Positions 60,701-64,000 of a stretch of 64,000 nucleotides of DNA are shown piece after piece. Position 1 is the first letter of the stretch; every line of letters starts with the position of its first letter. A program made the position numbers and the translations under genes. The notes under the pieces are model-generated. The model was not told the DNA's origin. It was given only the letters and a program-made list of their open reading frames with translations, and did not search any database. Location of the stretch: IMG/VR virus record IMGVR_UViG_3300028840_008160, positions 62,001 through 126,000 of that record; one strand, written 5' to 3'.

Positions 60701-63700
60701 GAAACATAACAAAAGCAGAAACATATAGTATTGTATCTTATGGTGGTGTTGGTACTGAAGACAGAATATTTACAACAGCAATTGTGTCACCAGATCCGGG
60801 CGATGTTTTTGAGGTCGATTACAAATTTAATACTGTGTTAGATGGTAACCCTGATGGCAAAATATTAAAAATTGGTGATCCAAATAATCCTGATGTTGAA
60901 ATTGATTTTTCAGCAGAAACAAGCCTGTATTATTATCAATTGCCAAGTGGCTACAATATACAAGGGGCAAAAGAAATAACTATTGTTGTTAAAGATCTTA
61001 GAGAAGCAGTTACTACTGTTAATGAAATACCTCAATTACCTGACAATTTGTTAAAACTTGATGTAGACGATCCAATAACAGTAGATAATGTTGTGCCAGG
61101 ATGGGTAGCGACTGATGTTACAGTGACTTTGACGGCAACAGATCCTATACCTCCATTGCCGTATGAATTTCCTTCAGGCATGTATAGGATTTATTACAGT
61201 ACTGATGGGTCATTTCCAAATGTGCTGTATGGCGCTGGGTCAGTCGTTCATATTACGTTGACTACGACAGGTCAATATGTAATAAAATATAGGGGTATTG
61301 ATAATGCAGGAAATGACGAAAGCGTTAAGACATCAACTGTTGTACAGATTGATAAGATTGCACCAACAACGACGATATCTGTTGTTCCGCCTGACGGGTA
61401 TAATGGTTGGTATAAAACGCCGCCGTCAATTGTTTTGAATGCAGTTGATTTAGATTCTGGTGTTGATAAAACTTATTACAAATGGGACGATGATCCGACA
61501 TTTACTGAGTACATAGCATCTATTTTAATTCCATCTGAAGGCGTACATACATTATATTACTATAGCGTTGACAATGTTGGTAATGTTGAAGTACTGAAAC
61601 AGCAAGAGTTTAAACTAGATACTATTGCCCCAGTAACAACTGATGATATTACAGGTTCATGGACCAATGATTCTGTTATTCATTTAACAGTACTTGATGA
61701 TTCATCAGGGCCATATAGGACATATTATACATATGCATTAGTTGGTGATCCTCATCCTGATCCTACACTGTTTTCACCATATACAGAAACATTTGAAATT
61801 GCTATTCCGGCTAGTGGGATTTACAATGTTAAGTATTTTTCTATCGATAATGCAGGAAATCAAGAAGCAGTTCAAACGGCGTTAAATCAATTTTATTTGG
61901 ATTTGACAAAACCTGTCATTGTATCTATTGATCCGCCAGATTTAGTATTTACAACGCAGACATATTTGACAGTCAATTTTACTGACACATTTTCAGGTCT
62001 TGATATTGATACTGTTCGTATTGTTGTTGATGATATTGAATATTCAACAAGCAAAAACTCATCATTCTTTTCTTATTCAGGCACGCCGTTTGCTACACAA
62101 GTTCAAGTAGGGCCTGTTGCTAGTATACCAAATTTTGATAAATTAGAGAGTGCAGTCATTTATGCTAATGATTTTGCTGGTAATGCTTTAGATCCTGAAG
62201 TCATTCAAGTCATACCAGTTGATAATGAACCGCCTTACATTAGACGTTTTTGGCCAAGAGATAAAGCTAATGATGTGTCAAGAGATACAAATATCGTATT
62301 TGAGATCAACGATGACATTTCTACTGTTGATATTAGAACAGTTAAAGTTAAAGTCGCTGAAACAGAGTATCAATTAGTTACTAAAGATGTAATTGATATT
62401 GAATATTCTGGGTTGGGCAATCAAATTTTTATTGATGTTCGCAATCATAGTTTGTTTATAACAGTTGATGGCATCGTAATTATTAATATTAATTTAACTC
62501 ATGAAGATTATATCACATGTAAGAAAGTTGCGACATTTATTGATGGTTTGCCAGGTTTTAGTACAACGATAGATCGTGAAAATGACCAAATATTAAGTAC
62601 TGACCTTATTGGTTTGTATCATGTAAGAATTGATCCGACGATTACATTGTCTGTTGCTACTTTTGAAGACAATGTGAACATAAACTATATGCCGAGAGAT
62701 CGAGGTTATTTAATCGCAATTACACCGACAGAAACATTTGATGATAATTACACTGTAATTACTAGAATTGAAGCATCTGATTTTACTGGTAATGAAATGC
62801 CAGTTGAACAATATTCGTTTGTTTGTAAAGACATAACTACTCCATCTAGAGATATAAGATATAGATGGTATGATTATCATGTTGACATCATTAACAGAAT
62901 TAAAAGCAATTTAGAAAGCACGTATAATAAATATACTGATTCAACAGTGTTTCACGGTTATTTTAGGTCGTTAGCACTCGAAATTGCTAGAGCAATGCAA
63001 ATAGCTGAAGATTATCGTGATGATGTTTATTATGATGGCGGAACAACAAGATCAGAATTGTTGTATCAAAATATTGGATATTTACTTAAAACGCCACCAC
63101 AAGAAGAGTATACACATAATGAATATAGACAGATTTTAATGGCAGTTATGTATATGTTATTTCATGGATCAACTAAACAAAGTCTACTTACTGGTTTAGG
63201 TGTGTTTTTAGGTATTCATGATTTGTCAATTACTGAAAATAGCTTGACAGAAAGCAGTGATATTTCACAACAATTTAGTTTTACGTTTGACGTGTCAATA
63301 GGTGATAATCATATAAGAAATTGGGAAGATTTTAATGAAAACATTGATGCCGTATTGCGTATTGTTAAACCGGCTCATACTTATTTCTTGATAAGATATT
63401 TATTTTCTGAAATTGTTAGAACAAAAGATATTGTTGATGAGATTATTAAATGGCATTTTGAATATTATGGTACTGAAGACGTAAGAACTGACTGTGCTGA
63501 AAAGTACAAAGTAGCTGAAACAATCACAGAAGACGTTTCAAATCAATTTAGTGGTTCAAACAATTGTTGTACGGCTTTTTATACGCCGATTTTAAGTTGG
63601 GACGAAACAACAATAACTACTACACCATCTGATATACAAGTTACTGCGTCTGGTGGACCAATAAATGTGATTTCTGTCGACGGCTTTACTGGCGAAATTT

Positions 63701-64000
63701 GTTTCGATCGTAATCCGGGACCTGCAGAAATAGTTGAAATTATCTATAAGTTTAATAAATACGTTATTTACAGGAAGATCGGTTTTTATCTGAACACATA
63801 TACACTTACAGGTGGAGGGTTTGATCCAGCTCAACCATATCTGCTAAATCAAACTGGTAATCCTGTAATTGTTATGATTGCGTATGATAATCCAGAAGAA
63901 ATGCATGCTCATATTTGCGAAGCTGGATTATTTATTGATGTTCATTATCCTATTAGTGAGAAACTATGGACGTCACCTGTTGAGAGAATAATATTTGACG
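57796..64000 (+). CDS. Giant baseplate wedge gpI/gp7-like protein with N-terminal Ig/chitobiase-C arrays (>2060 aa, 3'-truncated; absent from ORF track)
   Basis: GTG at 57796 (MSLPPITQSNISTQW...). No stop was seen in the stretches of frame 1 that I read, and its absence from the track fits a frame that stays open to the edge. Many APVT...D..SG...YY..DG...Y.SVD.AGN.E units; near 62900-63400 LYQNIGYLL...YRQIL...HGST...IVKPAHT (gpI-type). Confidence 0.85.
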   Translation, partial: MSLPPITQSNISTQWSTNFFTVILTTNEPCDTYYTVDGSNPISSPTRVLYNEPFTIDEEGIHTVQFYSISHATSLQNLVQTHYVRIDNSPPVTTITASISPDGTNGWYVTLPTITLSAADNVSGIDKTMYSWDGATFQEYTGGNLIIPDEGIHYLQVYSLDLASNKEEVQTRVFKYDISAPTTSIRIPLEVSYNPVTIEFVPTDGASGYETTYYTIDGTTPTLESDSGPTFDISESGLYIVKYFSVDNAGNVESIKESGQVRVEIDPETIQVLLTESFPINGKNGWYRASPQIGILTTKPHLVTSLEYKVAPKEKPTTATYTSTVEITGEIDLSDGTFIALELDQSGQPLVINIRGTDKTKTTIDDIIGKINDTIGGDTPIAKETGPDGLEGTGYVTVTSPTAGTGSQTSEIKFVSPGTYDATGVVFGLDVDNYPHTFTETYLFEDYSAPFLLPGNGYWNVVARATTATETAEVTKDYRVDSTAPVTTVNVVPDPNPEGFYTTSPDITFSTEDEDSGIDRIVYQFDNGPVFEYHPEDGPLQLPPESKEILLRYFSVDIAGNSEAPKITTFNYDFIAPTTKFDINAVNLDSQNILDIMFCPAQIVKYNPYTDEYQFTLTPQQRESLSYFAGWTNDLDSRLYDETTPVAFNVDVSTDILTFIPAYTLLTEDVVRVASTGVLPTPLQPATDYYIISVTDTECKLAATLSDAQNSIAIDITDEGTGIHTLIPDKPTIVVFDPLKVYLWPIDDREYVIEDETVATKDEDIRELTIENGFLKHVISIYNQATLSFMSYRYFSDDKIYTVESFSNTDTIIVSYAYTKIKETHYTINGSTPTTLSPEGHIIHLFESGEYDLKWFSIDEAGNQESIVTFPATIVIINRAPTVDVSIVKHNDVGTLYSPNGTNNWYKRDEIEPLLRPVIKIEYSSPNVSIFNENSDVENVTGAGPYNVELRVLKVDATVEEVSDVTRVRNITKAETYSIVSYGGVGTEDRIFTTAIVSPDPGDVFEVDYKFNTVLDGNPDGKILKIGDPNNPDVEIDFSAETSLYYYQLPSGYNIQGAKEITIVVKDLREAVTTVNEIPQLPDNLLKLDVDDPITVDNVVPGWVATDVTVTLTATDPIPPLPYEFPSGMYRIYYSTDGSFPNVLYGAGSVVHITLTTTGQYVIKYRGIDNAGNDESVKTSTVVQIDKIAPTTTISVVPPDGYNGWYKTPPSIVLNAVDLDSGVDKTYYKWDDDPTFTEYIASILIPSEGVHTLYYYSVDNVGNVEVLKQQEFKLDTIAPVTTDDITGSWTNDSVIHLTVLDDSSGPYRTYYTYALVGDPHPDPTLFSPYTETFEIAIPASGIYNVKYFSIDNAGNQEAVQTALNQFYLDLTKPVIVSIDPPDLVFTTQTYLTVNFTDTFSGLDIDTVRIVVDDIEYSTSKNSSFFSYSGTPFATQVQVGPVASIPNFDKLESAVIYANDFAGNALDPEVIQVIPVDNEPPYIRRFWPRDKANDVSRDTNIVFEINDDISTVDIRTVKVKVAETEYQLVTKDVIDIEYSGLGNQIFIDVRNHSLFITVDGIVIININLTHEDYITCKKVATFIDGLPGFSTTIDRENDQILSTDLIGLYHVRIDPTITLSVATFEDNVNINYMPRDRGYLIAITPTETFDDNYTVITRIEASDFTGNEMPVEQYSFVCKDITTPSRDIRYRWYDYHVDIINRIKSNLESTYNKYTDSTVFHGYFRSLALEIARAMQIAEDYRDDVYYDGGTTRSELLYQNIGYLLKTPPQEEYTHNEYRQILMAVMYMLFHGSTKQSLLTGLGVFLGIHDLSITENSLTESSDISQQFSFTFDVSIGDNHIRNWEDFNENIDAVLRIVKPAHTYFLIRYLFSEIVRTKDIVDEIIKWHFEYYGTEDVRTDCAEKYKVAETITEDVSNQFSGSNNCCTAFYTPILSWDETTITTTPSDIQVTASGGPINVISVDGFTGEICFDRNPGPAEIVEIIYKFNKYVIYRKIGFYLNTYTLTGGGFDPAQPYLLNQTGNPVIVMIAYDNPEEMHAHICEAGLFIDVHYPISEKLWTSPVERIIFD

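Larger units (their letters stand above)
1..64000 (+). mobile_element. Neck/tail/baseplate morphogenesis region of a large contractile-tailed (myovirus-like, probably jumbo) virus
   Basis: All credible ORFs are on +, abutting or overlapping (ATGA/TAATG junctions). The canonical order sheath-tube-chaperones-tape measure-hub-spike-gp25-gpJ-gpI is present, together with neck genes, a holin-like gene and a homing-type endonuclease. Confidence 0.93.

Noticed and set aside
362-63834. The many short minus-strand and alternate-frame ORFs in the track
   Set aside because: They lie within or across long + strand genes, mostly use non-ATG starts and show no protein-like motifs; they are shadow ORFs.
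1-64000. Stop-codon reassignment as in some large phages
   Set aside because: TAA, TAG and TGA all end genes right before the next start, and coding density is already near complete under the standard code.
1-64000. Host-encoded eCIS/tailocin rather than a virus
   Set aside because: Head-tail adaptor, closure and gp10-like genes, a long tape measure and a homing endonuclease favour a virus, and no eCIS AAA+ ATPase was seen. Not fully excluded, because capsid genes are outside the window.

Overview
The whole 64 kb is one co-oriented (+ strand), densely packed, low-GC (roughly one third G+C) virion morphogenesis region of a very large contractile-tailed (myovirus-type, probably jumbo) virus. 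It uses the standard genetic code with AGGAG/GGAGG Shine-Dalgarno sites. Gene order: fibre/decoration genes; head-tail adaptor; a small enzyme and holin cluster; head-closure protein; HK97-gp10-like gene; a coiled-coil gene plus an actin-fold ATPase; tail terminator; a fibre with a C-terminal autocleaving chaperone; sheath; tube; an intrinsic terminator; three paralogous tail-chaperone-like genes; tape measure; two tube-initiator paralogues; hub; spike; an inserted free-standing PD-(D/E)xK endonuclease; two giant baseplate-associated proteins; gp25-like and gpJ/gp6-like wedge genes; and a >2000-aa gpI/gp7-like gene that runs off the right edge and is missing from the ORF track. No capsid, portal, terminase, tRNA, CRISPR or DGR is visible. 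Best candidates for undescribed biology: (1) a volactin-like actin with an overlapping coiled-coil partner inside the head-tail joining module; (2) two unrelated nucleotide-processing enzymes (CYTH and nucleoside deoxyribosyltransferase-like) sharing a 15-aa N-terminal leader, possibly a capsid-packaging tag; (3) nested reuse of a few surface domains across neck, sheath and baseplate. All family assignments come from motif recognition and synteny by eye, not from database searches.
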